Assembly (NCBI GenBank): GCA_963772725.1
Contig: CAVYYI010000001.1
Span: 480,001 to 544,000 of the forward strand
DNA: 64,000 nt
DNA from: an uncultured Phycisphaerales bacterium
GTDB taxonomy: Bacteria; Planctomycetota; Phycisphaerae; Sedimentisphaerales; Anaerobacaceae
Direction: 5' to 3'
Positions 43,240 through 54,208 of the stretch are shown piece after piece (the first letter of the stretch is position 1; every line of letters starts with the position of its first letter). The notes beneath the pieces were generated by a model that had not been told where the DNA came from, made no database searches, and saw nothing but the letters and a program-made list of their open reading frames with translations. Made by a program: the position numbers and the translations under genes.

Positions 43240-44153
43240 AAAATATAACAATGGCAGTCTTTATAGTTTTAATTATCTTTGTTCTTGGCTTGTATTTTGT
43301 TTCGTTTCAGGTCAGAGAGACAGAAAATGCCCTGGTAACGACATTCGGCAAGCCTTCAAAGGAGATTACTACTCCGGGCTTTAAATTCAAATGGCCGTCA
43401 CCAATACAGCAGGTATATAAATTCGATTCGAGGCTTAACGTTCTGGAAGGCGACCAGACAGAAACGACCACCAAAGGCGCAGTTCCCATCATAGTAAATA
43501 CTTATGTGGTCTGGAGAATTGCCAGACCCCTGGAGTTTTTTACGGCTGTTGGAACAGTTAAGGAAGCTGAAAACAAATTACGCAGCCAGCTCAGCAATAC
43601 TCAGAATAAAATTATCGGCAAACATGAGTTTTCCGAGTTCGTCAACAATGACCCGTGTAAAATACAGTTTGAACAGATTCAGCGTGAAATGCTGGCCGAC
43701 CTGAGTCAGGCGGTCAGTAATAATTACGGGATTGAAATCAAGACACTGGGCCTAAAGCAGCTCAAGATTAGCGGAGAAGTAAGTAAAGATGTCTTTGAGC
43801 GAATGAAAGGTGAAAGAAATCGCAAAACCGCGGAAACAATCGCCCAGGGTAACGCGGAGGCGACGAAGATAAAAACCAATGCCGATGCGCAGAAAACTGA
43901 GCTGCTCGCCGCCGCGGAGGCAAGAGCAAAAGCGATACAGGGCCAGGGCGACGCCGAAGCGGCAAAGTATTATAAAATGCTGGATGAAGACCCGGGTGTA
44001 GCGATATTCCTGCGTAACGTGGAGGCTCTAAAGAAAACGCTCGAAAAACGCTCCACCATTGTTATTAGTGCCGAGACTGAACCCTTCAAACTGTTAAGGG
44101 AAATGCCGAATATCGAATCTAAAAAGGGATTAACTTCGGACAGGAGTCGCTGA
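43236..44153 (+). CDS. HflC-like SPFH protein
   Basis: FQVRETENALVTTFGKP, PGFKFKWP, VFERMKGER, GQGDAEAAKYY. Confidence 0.85.
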   Translation: MKNITMAVFIVLIIFVLGLYFVSFQVRETENALVTTFGKPSKEITTPGFKFKWPSPIQQVYKFDSRLNVLEGDQTETTTKGAVPIIVNTYVVWRIARPLEFFTAVGTVKEAENKLRSQLSNTQNKIIGKHEFSEFVNNDPCKIQFEQIQREMLADLSQAVSNNYGIEIKTLGLKQLKISGEVSKDVFERMKGERNRKTAETIAQGNAEATKIKTNADAQKTELLAAAEARAKAIQGQGDAEAAKYYKMLDEDPGVAIFLRNVEALKKTLEKRSTIVISAETEPFKLLREMPNIESKKGLTSDRSR

Positions 44154-44154
44154 T

Positions 44155-45440
44155 ATGGCAGAACACAATCATCATTCTCATCATCAACAAGAACCATCAG
44201 CCGAAAATACCGGCATCAAGCTCGATGCCGCAAGCAAGTCGCTGTATGAGGCATTTAGAATCAGTTTTGTTATTCTCAAGGTCATAATGATTGTGCTGGT
44301 GGTTCTGTTTATCGCCTCAGGATTTAGAACAGTGCTTCCGGACGAGCAGGCTCTGGTTCTTCAGTTCGGTAAAATCCGCGGAATGGGTGAAAACAGGATT
44401 CTAAAGGCAGGTCCGCACTGGGTATTTCCATATCCTGTGGAAGAAATGATAAGAATTCCGGTGGGTAAAAAGACCAGCATGGCGATTAACTCATTCTGGT
44501 TTTATAAGAATCCCAAGGACCTTTCCGCCGAGGGGCCCAGGGAAACAAAATACGCACCTCCGACACTCAACCCGACGATTGATGGTTATTGCATTACCCG
44601 CGGTGAAAAACAAAGTACCGTTATCGCAGGTGTAAGCAGCAGCGACTATGGCATTGTGCATTGTAAATGGCAGTTGATATATCAGATTGATGACCCTGAA
44701 CGATTTTTTAGAAATTTTTATGTAAGAGATGTAAAGCCTGGCGAGAATTACTTTGATGTTATAGTAGAAAACATTCAGCCTCTTTTGCAGAATCTTGTGG
44801 AAGACGCGGTTGTCTCTGCGATGGTTAATTATACTATTGATGAGGCAATCAGCAGCTATGAAAGAATACCGCTCACCGTTGATAAGCTGCTTCAGCAGAA
44901 ACTCGACGGAATAGAAAGCGGTATAAATGTTACGTCGCTGCAGCTTACCGAAGTTACATGGCCTCGACAGGTTGATGCCGCCTTTCAGGCCTCTATTGCT
45001 GCCAGCCAGCAAAGTCAGACCGCTATCAACGAAGCCAGAACTTACGCTGAAAATACGCTTAATCAGGCCGCCGGGCCGATTGCTCCTGTTCTTTTATCCG
45101 CCCTTGAGGATAAAACCGTCAGCGATGAAAAACTTGAGTCCCTGTGGAATCAGGCAGCGGCGCATCTCAGGAAAAAATTGCCCAGGCAAAGGCCTATCGC
45201 ACAACAATTGTCGAAAACGCCCAGGCCAACGCGGAATATCTGCAGAAGATACTGCCGGAATACCGCAACCGTCCTGAGCTTGTGATTAATAAAATCTATC
45301 AGGATGCCGTGCAGCAGGTGCTTGATAACGCTGATGAAAAAATACTTATTCAGCCTACACAGGGCAGCAAGGGTTCCGAACTGCGGATTTATCTGAACAG
45401 GGACCCCACGATAAAACCCAAGTCAGAAAAGGAAAAGTAA
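44155..45440 (+). CDS. HflK-like SPFH protein with His-rich N-terminus, frameshifted near 45160
   Basis: EQALVLQFGK, GPHWVFPYPVE, WPRQVDAAF. Continues in ORF 45144..45440 (AKAYR...LPEYRNRPEL). Confidence 0.82.
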
Positions 45441-45511
45441 CAGCCAAATATAAAAGAAACCGAACATCATAACGGTTAATGGCATAGGATACAAAGAACG
45501 AGATATAGATT

Positions 45512-47463
45512 ATGGCTCATGAACATTTACATTTTAACGAAGATATTACCGTCGAACATGCTCACGGAAAGCAGCTTCGAATAAGTGTTGCTTTGCTGGG
45601 TACGCTGGCGGGCGGTATGCTGCTGTTAAGCAGCGGCATAGCTGTTTTTATTTATGGCAGGAAGAGTGACCATTCTGAATTTCTCGCGATGGTTGGTGCA
45701 ATATTGCTCGGTGCCCCAATTGTTTTACACGCCATTCAGAGCATTATCAGAAAAGAGATGCACATGGACGAACTGGTGGCGCTGGCGGTGATAGCCGCGT
45801 TTGCTACCGAAAATTACGTAACCGCCGGCATAGTCGCGTTTTTTATGCTCCTCAGTGAGCTGATGGAAAGCCGAACCGCTCTTGGCGCAAGAGCCTCTAT
45901 TGAATCACTTATAAAACTAACCCCCACAAGAGCGAATCTTGTTGAGAAGGACGGTTCCGAACGAGAAGTAAAAGTAAGCGCACTTAAAGTCGGCGACTGT
46001 ATTCGTGTTCGCCCCGGCGATAACATCCCCGCTGACGGCCAGGTGAGCAAAGGGTTAAGCAGTGTCAATGAGGCCACAATAACCGGCGAATCTCTGCCTG
46101 CGGACAAAGTTCCCGGTATGCAGGTTTTTGCCGGCACAACCAATCTGACAGGCGTTTTGGATATCATCGTAACAAAAGCCGGCAAGGACACGACGCTCGG
46201 CAAGGTGCAGTCGCTGATTATGCAGGCCGAGCAGACCAAGATACCGATAATGCGGATTATCGACCGCTATGTTAAATGGTACACACCGACAATTTTAATG
46301 ATTGCTTTTATCGTACTGTTTTTCACGAAGGATGCCAACACTTGCTATTACCATACTTGTAATTTCCTGTCCCTGTGCATTGATTCTGGCGACGCCAACG
46401 GCGATGGTGGCGGCGATATCCGCGTCCGCCCGGCTTGGCATTCTTGTCAAGAATGTCGCTGACCTCGAAGTCGCCGGCAGAATGACCGCGATGGTTTTTG
46501 ATAAGACAGGCACAGTTACAACAGGCCGGCTGTATGTAACAAAACTTACTCCCGCCGAAAACATTGAGCCCGCTGACTTGCTGGCATTAGCGGCTTCTGC
46601 TGAACAAATGAGCAAACACCCCGCGGCAAGGGCATTGCTGGAAGTTGCCAAAGAAGCGAATCTGTCTTTGCCGCCGATGGGCGATTTCAGGGAAATGCCG
46701 GGCAAGGGTGTTACCGCGACGGTTAATTCGGCCAGGGTGATGGTCGGCAGAGACACATTTCTCAAGGAAAATAATGTGAATATGAACAACATTTCCGGCC
46801 CGACTCTTCACGAGGAGCAGGGTTTCAGCACGTTGTATGTCGCAAAGGATTCCAGCTGCATCGGCTGGATAGGTCTGCAGGATAAAACCAGACCCGAGGC
46901 ACACCAGGCGGTTGCGGAGCTTTTCGATCTCGGTATAAAGAGAGTTACAATGCTCACCGGCGACAGGGGCGAAGTGGCAAATCGTGTTGCCGCAGAACTT
47001 GGCTGCACAGATTTCAAGGCGCATTGTCTGCCGCAGGACAAACTGGCAATCGTCGAACAGCTTAAAAAAGACGGTCATACCGTTGTCGTTGTCGGTGACG
47101 GTATAAATGATGCCCCGGCTCTGGCGGCAGGGGACCTCGGTATCGCGATGGGAGCCGCCGGCAGCGATGTGGCCATAAATTCCGCCTCGATTGCATTGAT
47201 GAGCGACGACCTCAAACGGCTGCCGTTCCTTGTGCGGCTGTCAAGAAAAACACGAAGAGTTATCGCACAAAACCTCGGTTTTGGCGTATTGTTTATAATA
47301 TTGGGCATATCTGTTATCAGGCTACATACCCCCGCGACTTGCGGCAGTTTTGCATTTTGCAGGCTCATTGATTGTTGTTTTCAACAGTGCACGACTTGTT
47401 CGTTATGGCGAAGAACTCGAGCATCAGCCCGGTTACACTTATAATTCTTTGGGTCATGATTAA
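45512..47463 (+). CDS. P1B heavy-metal P-type ATPase, frameshifted near 46330 and 47320
   Basis: [33 protein letters not shown]. The restored C-terminus [19 protein letters not shown] ends at 47463. Confidence 0.9.
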
Positions 47464-47467
47464 TTTT

Positions 47468-48721
47468 ATGGAATATGCTATTGAAACATTTTCTCTGACA
47501 AAGATATTTTCTGACTGGTGGGGACGAAACAAGGTCTTTGCCGTTGATGACCTCAATCTCCGGATTCACTATAATGAGGTATTCGGTCTGCTTGGGCCCA
47601 ACGGCTCCGGCAAAGACAACGACCATGAAAATGCTGCTTGGGCTGCTTCATCCCACCAAAGGAAGAACTCTTGTTCTCGGCGGCGACAGCACCGACCCAA
47701 GGCAATCAATCGCAAGAATCGGTTTTATGCCCGAAGAGTCGTATCTTTACAAATATCTCAGCGCCCGTGAAACACTCGATTTTTACGGCAGGTTATTCGG
47801 CCTGCCGCCGAAGATTCGCAAGAATGCGGATCAGAAGCCCTGCTCGAAATGGTAGGCTTAAAGGCTGTGGCCAACAGGGCGGTCGGAACATTTTCAAAAG
47901 GTATGGCCCGCAGGATCGGTCTTGCGCAGGCACTGATAAATGACCCAGACCTGCTCATACTCGATGAGCCTACGACCGGTCTTGACCCTATCGGCACAAG
48001 GCAGATAAAAGACCTTATTATCGAATTGCCAAACGAGGCAAAACAATTCTGCTTTGCAGCCACCTTCTGGCCGATGTTGAGGATGTCTGCGACAGAATCG
48101 CGATTCTTTACGGCGGCAAAATTCAGTCGGAAGGGAAGGTCAGAGAACTTCTCCAGCAGACAGACAAAACACAGATTACCACCAGCGCTATCAGCGATGC
48201 CGCGGTTGAGAAAATAAAACAGATAGTTAAGAATGAGCATGCGGATTTCGCTGTCAGTTCGCCGATGGATAAGCTTGAAACATTTTTTATAAGGATTGTA
48301 AGTGAGGCTCAGCAGGCAGGCCCAGCCCACCAGCGGCGCGGTCAGCACAACACAAATAGGTGATTTTCTTACCGCCTCAGCGTCTGAGAAGTCAGGGCGG
48401 GAAATTCTCGAAAAACTTGTGGCTACGCCGCTTTCCACGCAGGCCCAACCACCTCAACAGGACATAACGCCAGTCCAAAAGGCGATAAACCAGCCCGCAG
48501 AGATTAAACCTGACGGTCAACTGCTTAGCGAGCTTACAAAGGTGCAGGAAAGTATTACTTCGATTGAAACTGAACCTGTCCGTCCTGCCGTGACCAAAGA
48601 AGACGAATCGCAGGTTAAAAAAAATATTTTAGAACAGCTTGCGGGCCGCTCGGGCACAAATAGCGACAACAATGCTAATCAGCAGGCCGAAAATCCCGAT
48701 GGAGACTCTACTAATGGGTAG
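47468..48721 (+). CDS. ABC transporter ATP-binding protein with low-complexity tail, about 4 frameshifts
   Basis: GPNGSGK|TT Walker A, FSKGM signature, LILDEPT Walker B and CSH switch, pieced together across frames (~47612, ~47830, ~48030, ~48320). Confidence 0.82.
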
Positions 48722-50086
48722 TATTTATGCCGTAGCTGTGAATACTATAAAGCAGGCCCTGCGGATGAAAGTTGCTCTTGTTTTTATAATCCTGCTTCTT
48801 GTATTGCTGCCTGTTATGGGCATAGCGATGCCCGGCGACGGGACGCTGAAAGGCAGGCTCCAGACTTTTGTAAGTTACGGTCTTTCGCTTACAAGTTTAT
48901 TGCTGTGCCTGGTTACTATAATTGTCTCGGTGTATTCTCTCGCCAGCGACCTTAATCAGAAACAGATATATACAGTCCTTACAAAACCCATACGCCGTTA
49001 CGAACTTATCTTTGGCAAACTGCTTGGGGTACTGCTGCTTGATATTTTTTTATTGGTGGTATTTTCCGGCCTGATATATGGCATAACCTGTTATATACCG
49101 CAGTTTACCCAGGCCTCAGTTCCTGAACGTATCCAGGCTGAAAATGAGTTCTTTACCGCCAGGATGAGCCTTACTCCCGCGCCTATTGACGTAAATGAGG
49201 AGGTAACCAAGGCGTTCAAAAAGCTTGAAAAAGAGGGGCAGTTTCCGCCCGAAATTAAAAAAAACAAAACCGCTTACGGTAATTTTATCGCTGAACTTAC
49301 CCGTCAGAAAAAGCTTGCATCAAGGGCAGCGGCTCCCGGTTCTGAGATAATTTGGGATTTTCACAATGTTAAGCCTGCTGACCCGAATCAGACACTGTTT
49401 ATAAGGTTTAAATACGATGTCTCGGTAACTCCGCCCGATTCACAGATTTCTGGAAAATGGCTTGCCGCGGATATAAGACAGTTTGGTTCGAAAGTTGAAC
49501 CGCGGATATATAAATTTGACCGGAAAGACGGTATTGGCAGTTTTTACGAAATACAGGTGCCTGCCAATGCCGTAGCCGATGACGGTTATCTTGCCGTAGT
49601 TTTTTTTAATGACCCGCAATTTAATAATACAATTGTGATTTTTCCGCCAGAAGACGGCCTCGAACTGCTTTATAAGGCCGATACGTTTTATATGAACTTC
49701 ATCAAGTCCGTTATTATGATATTTTTCCGCCTGCTGTTCCTTGCGGTTCTTGGCGTTCTGGCTTCAACTTTTCTCTCTTTTCCTGTGGCTATCCTGCTTT
49801 GCCTGGTGATTTTTTTTACCGGTACAATCAGCGGCTTTATAATAGAGTCTATTGATTCTCTTGGTGAAACTATAAGCAGAATTTATTTTTATACTGTCAA
49901 ACCGATTGTGTGCTTTTGCCGCAGTTTGACCAGTCAAATCCCACAAAATTTTTGATATCTGCCAGATTAATAAGCTGGTTATGGCTGATTAAAATTGGGA
50001 TGATTATGACTCTTAAGGCTCTTTTGCTGCTGGGTCTGTCTTTGTTGATTTTTAGTCGCAAAGAAATAGCCAAAGTTACGGTTTAA
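48714..50086 (+). CDS. ABC-2-type permease with large soluble loop, frameshifted near 49910
   Basis: AVNTIKQALRMK and YTVLTKPIRRYELIFGKLLG. The restored end is ...LIFSRKEIAKVTV* at 50086. Confidence 0.8.
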
Positions 50087-50123
50087 TCCGGACGGTGCTT
50101 CTGTTATATTTTTAAAATTTACT

Positions 50124-51893
50124 ATGCGGTTACGAGATAAAATAATTTGCTTGTTCTCTTTGGTGCTTTCGGCGGTTTTATTTGCCGCTGCCGGTATGCA
50201 GCTCGATTACATCAATTCTCAACGGCAGGAAATGAAGCTGATAGCCAATGAGCCGCTCAAAAATGCGCCGCCTTCATTGGCCTTTGCAACCGTGTCTATG
50301 GGGGCTTTTCGAGGCCTTGTTGTGGATATCCTGTGGATGCGGGCTGACAAATTGAAAAACGAAGGCCAGTTCTTCGATGCCAAACAGCTTGCTGAATGGA
50401 TAACCGTTCTTCAGCCTCGATTTCCATCGGTCTGGGAATTCCACGCGTGGAATATGGCCTACAATATTTCCGTTGCCATCCCAGCCTCACAGCCAGAAGA
50501 GCGATGGCGGTGGATAAAAAACGGTTACGAGCTTTTACGCGATAAAGGTATTCCGCTTAACCCACGGAGCATTCTTCTTTATCGCGAGCTTGGCAGAATA
50601 TTTCAGCACAAAATCGGCGGCGTTTCAGATGATGACAACAGGTATTATAAGTTGCAATTGGCTCTGGCGATGGAGCCTTTGCTTGGCCCTGCCGATAACG
50701 CGTATTTCAAATCTCTCGCTGAAGCTCCCTCTCAGTGGCAGGATATTACAAAAGATGCCAATGTCGCTCAACTGGTCGCGGCGCTTAAGTCTTCGGACAA
50801 GGTATTTACAGGCGATGACGGATTTGTCGAAAATTATCTGTCGCTGCGGCAAAATCCAGCGAGATTTGCCCCTGAGGCTTTCAGGGTGATAGATAATTTC
50901 AGGGGTTCGCCTGCCCTTGAAAAATTCGATATTTTTGCCAAAGCATGGGAATTGCGCAACGTCTGGAAACTCGACCCGGTTTTTATGCAGAAGTTGAATC
51001 AGGCTTATGGACCTATTGACTGGGCCGACCCCAATACACATTTGCCGCTGGACTGGCGACATCCTGACACGCACGCTATCTACTGGGCGTTAAAAGGCTT
51101 GTCAGTTGCCGGCCAAAAGGAATTCAGTGTTGAAGAAACAAATACCGATAGAGTCGTTAATCACAGCCTGCAGAGCCTTTTTAGGAGTGGTAAAATCTTT
51201 ATTTACACCGTTCAGACCCCGCCGCAGGCAAATTCTTCCCAGCAGCCGTCGGGCATGATTAAAGATATATATCTGCGCCCGGATTTGAGAATGTTTGAGC
51301 CGTATAACAAGTCAACGATGAAAGTTATTGAAAAATATAAGACTATTGAAAAGGCAGGTACTTACGAATCTATGCAAATAGGTCATAAGCACATGCTCTT
51401 AAACGCGGTTTTATCTTTTTATCAGGCAGGGCACATACCCCAGGCGCAAAAGATATACAAACAGCTTGGGCAGCTTTATCCTGACCAGGAATTCAAAACA
51501 ACTCTTGTGGATTTTGCGAAAAATCGTCTCCGTCAGGAACTGAAAGAACTCGATATTTATAATGCAGTTGAGGTTGTTCAGATGCTTTTACGCGAGAGTT
51601 ATTTCAGGTATGCGTTGCGTGACGATGATGAGGCCGCCAACCATGAAAAAATGGCGGAGGAGGCTTATAAAATCTATCAAACGGCTCATCCCGACGACCA
51701 GAGAATCGATATGCCGGACTTAAAGCTGATGAAATACGCGGCACTTATCGACTTTATTAATGACCAGCAGTATCCAGGAGAACTGAGACTTAGTCTTATT
51801 GAACGAATAAAACTTGAGAAGCCGAAACTTGCCGAGCAGTTTGAGCAGACGGAAAATGAACTGCGCAAACAGTCGGAAAAGCCGCAGAAGTAA
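50124..51893 (+). CDS. Conserved unknown membrane-anchored helical protein
   Basis: N-terminal TM, then GAFRGLVVDILWMRAD...LQPRF..VWEFHAWNMAYNISV...ERWRW. I recall this pattern from PVC hypothetical proteins; not verified. Confidence 0.75.
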   Translation: MRLRDKIICLFSLVLSAVLFAAAGMQLDYINSQRQEMKLIANEPLKNAPPSLAFATVSMGAFRGLVVDILWMRADKLKNEGQFFDAKQLAEWITVLQPRFPSVWEFHAWNMAYNISVAIPASQPEERWRWIKNGYELLRDKGIPLNPRSILLYRELGRIFQHKIGGVSDDDNRYYKLQLALAMEPLLGPADNAYFKSLAEAPSQWQDITKDANVAQLVAALKSSDKVFTGDDGFVENYLSLRQNPARFAPEAFRVIDNFRGSPALEKFDIFAKAWELRNVWKLDPVFMQKLNQAYGPIDWADPNTHLPLDWRHPDTHAIYWALKGLSVAGQKEFSVEETNTDRVVNHSLQSLFRSGKIFIYTVQTPPQANSSQQPSGMIKDIYLRPDLRMFEPYNKSTMKVIEKYKTIEKAGTYESMQIGHKHMLLNAVLSFYQAGHIPQAQKIYKQLGQLYPDQEFKTTLVDFAKNRLRQELKELDIYNAVEVVQMLLRESYFRYALRDDDEAANHEKMAEEAYKIYQTAHPDDQRIDMPDLKLMKYAALIDFINDQQYPGELRLSLIERIKLEKPKLAEQFEQTENELRKQSEKPQK

Positions 51894-51908
51894 ATATAAT
51901 CTGTTTTT

Positions 51909-54053
51909 ATGCAAAGTATAAAATACCAAGTCCTGACCGATTCGCAAAGAAAAGCCGTCTTTCACGCGCAAGGCCCTCTGCTGGTTATTGCCGGCCCTGG
52001 CAGCGGTAAAACGCGAGTTATTACCTATCGTATTGCCGCTCTTATTGATTCCGGTGTCAGGCCTTACAATATCTGTGCGATAACATTCACTAATAAAGCC
52101 GCCGATGAAATGCGTCAAAGAGCGATGGGACTCGGCGCTTCAGGTGGTGCGTATATCAGCACATTTCATTCCCTTTGCGTCAGGCTTCTTCGCCAATACG
52201 CCGATAAGGCTGGGATAAATCCGAATTTCAGTATTTACGATGACTCCGACCAGTCTGCCTGCGTTAAACAGGCTATTAAAGAATGTAATCTTGATGCTTC
52301 TAATTTTTCTCCTGCCCGGATGCTTCACGCGATTTCCACGTTGAAGAACAATCTCGAAGACGTTGACTCATTCAAGATGACCGCCGAGGATTTTTTTTCC
52401 AGGGCTTTGGCCAAAGTGTACACTCGCTACCAGCAGATTCTCAGCGAGAGAAACGGCCTTGATTTCGACGATTTGCTGATGAAAACCGCATTTATGCTCC
52501 GCGATAATCCGGATGTTTGCGCTGAGATTGCGAATCGATTCAAATTTTTGCTTGTGGACGAATATCAGGACACCAATCAGGCCCAGTATAGAATCGCCAA
52601 ATCCATCGCCTCGATTCATCGCAACATCTGTGTTACAGGCGACCCTGACCAGTCCATTTACCGCTGGCGGGGGGCTGACATCCGAAATATTCTTGCCTTC
52701 GAACAGGATTGGCCCGATGCGGTTGTTGTCAAACTCGAGGAAAATTTTCGCAGCACGCCGGATATTCTCGAACTTGCCGACAATTTAATCGCGGCCAACA
52801 AAAAGCGAAAGGCCAAATCGCTAATCCCTACAAGACCTCGCGGCAGGGAGGTTGTTTTCGGAGTTTTTGAGGATGAACATCAGGAGGCCCGCGGCGTTGC
52901 GCAATATATTAAGGAGCTGGTTAAGAATGGAACCTCGCCCCGTGAAATAGCGGTGTTTTATCGCATTAATTCAATGAGCAGGGTTCTCGAAGAAGCCTTT
53001 ATAGAAAATCAGATTCCTTATCAGATTGTCCGCGGTGTCGAGTTTTACGGCAGAAAAGAAATTCGCGATATGGTCGCTTATCTCAAGGTTCTTGTTAATC
53101 CGAACGACCAGGCGGCGGTTCTGCGTATAATTAATACTCCTGCCCGCGGTATCGGCAAAACAACTACCGACAAGGTCATCGAATACGCGGAGAAAAACCG
53201 CATCACGTTTTTTGAAGCTCTGAAAAAAGCTGCGCTTATTGATTCTCTTTCTAAAGGCACGAAAGATAAACTTGCAGCCTTTGTTAATATGATGGAACAA
53301 TTCAGAAAGGGTATTGATGGCCCTGTGGGGCCTCTGGCGGAACGTGTCTTTGTTGAGTCAGGCCTCGAAAAATCCATGCAGTTTAGCGGCAATCCTGACA
53401 AAAGCGAACTGGAAAATATTAAAGAACTTATAAATGCCGCCGCCCAATACGATAAGCAAATTGAAAAACCGTCCCTGGTCGATTATCTCCAGCAAATTGC
53501 CCTTTTCAGCGATGCTGATATGTATGATGAATCAAACGAGCGGGTTGCATTGATGACCCTGCACGCCGCCAAAGGTCTTGAGTTTGAAAATGTTTTTATC
53601 GTCGGACTTGAAGATGGATTATTGCCTCACGAAAGAAGCCGCGACGATGAAGATGAAATGGAAGAGGAACGCAGGCTGTTTTTTGTCGGCATAACCCGTG
53701 CTAAGGCAGGCCTCCATATCACGTATTCCAAATATCGCAATATTCGCGGCCAATTATTGAGAGCAATGCCTTCCCAATTTCTTTTTGAGCTTAAAAAAGA
53801 CTTCGGGCCTTACCCGCAAAATTCTAAATACCATTACGATGCTGATAACCAAAGCGATTATGAGGACGAAGATGATGAAAATGAATCAGCACCGCGGTTT
53901 GTTAAAAACCAGATGGTTCATCATAAAAAATTCGGCCCCGGCAGAGTCGAACTGTTTAACGATATGGGCGAAAACAGCGTTGTTGTGGTCAAATTTAGTA
54001 CCGGACAAACCAAGACTCTTATGGTAAAATACGCCGGTCTTTCTGACGCATAA
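51909..54053 (+). CDS. pcrA: UvrD/PcrA DNA helicase
   Basis: AGPGSGKT, TFTNKAA, VDEYQD, GDPDQSIY, TLHAAKGLEF, EERRLFFVGITRA, C-terminal Tudor-like domain. Confidence 0.93.
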   Translation: MQSIKYQVLTDSQRKAVFHAQGPLLVIAGPGSGKTRVITYRIAALIDSGVRPYNICAITFTNKAADEMRQRAMGLGASGGAYISTFHSLCVRLLRQYADKAGINPNFSIYDDSDQSACVKQAIKECNLDASNFSPARMLHAISTLKNNLEDVDSFKMTAEDFFSRALAKVYTRYQQILSERNGLDFDDLLMKTAFMLRDNPDVCAEIANRFKFLLVDEYQDTNQAQYRIAKSIASIHRNICVTGDPDQSIYRWRGADIRNILAFEQDWPDAVVVKLEENFRSTPDILELADNLIAANKKRKAKSLIPTRPRGREVVFGVFEDEHQEARGVAQYIKELVKNGTSPREIAVFYRINSMSRVLEEAFIENQIPYQIVRGVEFYGRKEIRDMVAYLKVLVNPNDQAAVLRIINTPARGIGKTTTDKVIEYAEKNRITFFEALKKAALIDSLSKGTKDKLAAFVNMMEQFRKGIDGPVGPLAERVFVESGLEKSMQFSGNPDKSELENIKELINAAAQYDKQIEKPSLVDYLQQIALFSDADMYDESNERVALMTLHAAKGLEFENVFIVGLEDGLLPHERSRDDEDEMEEERRLFFVGITRAKAGLHITYSKYRNIRGQLLRAMPSQFLFELKKDFGPYPQNSKYHYDADNQSDYEDEDDENESAPRFVKNQMVHHKKFGPGRVELFNDMGENSVVVVKFSTGQTKTLMVKYAGLSDA

Positions 54054-54092
54054 AAGGAAAAAGCCGGGTGGGGTTACCACTCGGCCTTTATA
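54053..54092. terminator. Copy of the rRNA-operon terminator hairpin, directly after pcrA
   Basis: aaaggaaaaagccgggtggggttaccactcggcctttata, nearly identical to 56477..56516. Confidence 0.7.
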
Positions 54093-54208
54093 TGTATGAT
54101 TCACACACATCGTTTCAATAAACCTGATATTTCCTAGCAAGATTTTGCTTCGCAAAATCTTGGGATTTATCGCTTTGGGCCAACAGCATAATAGCTGTAA
54201 CTTAACTA

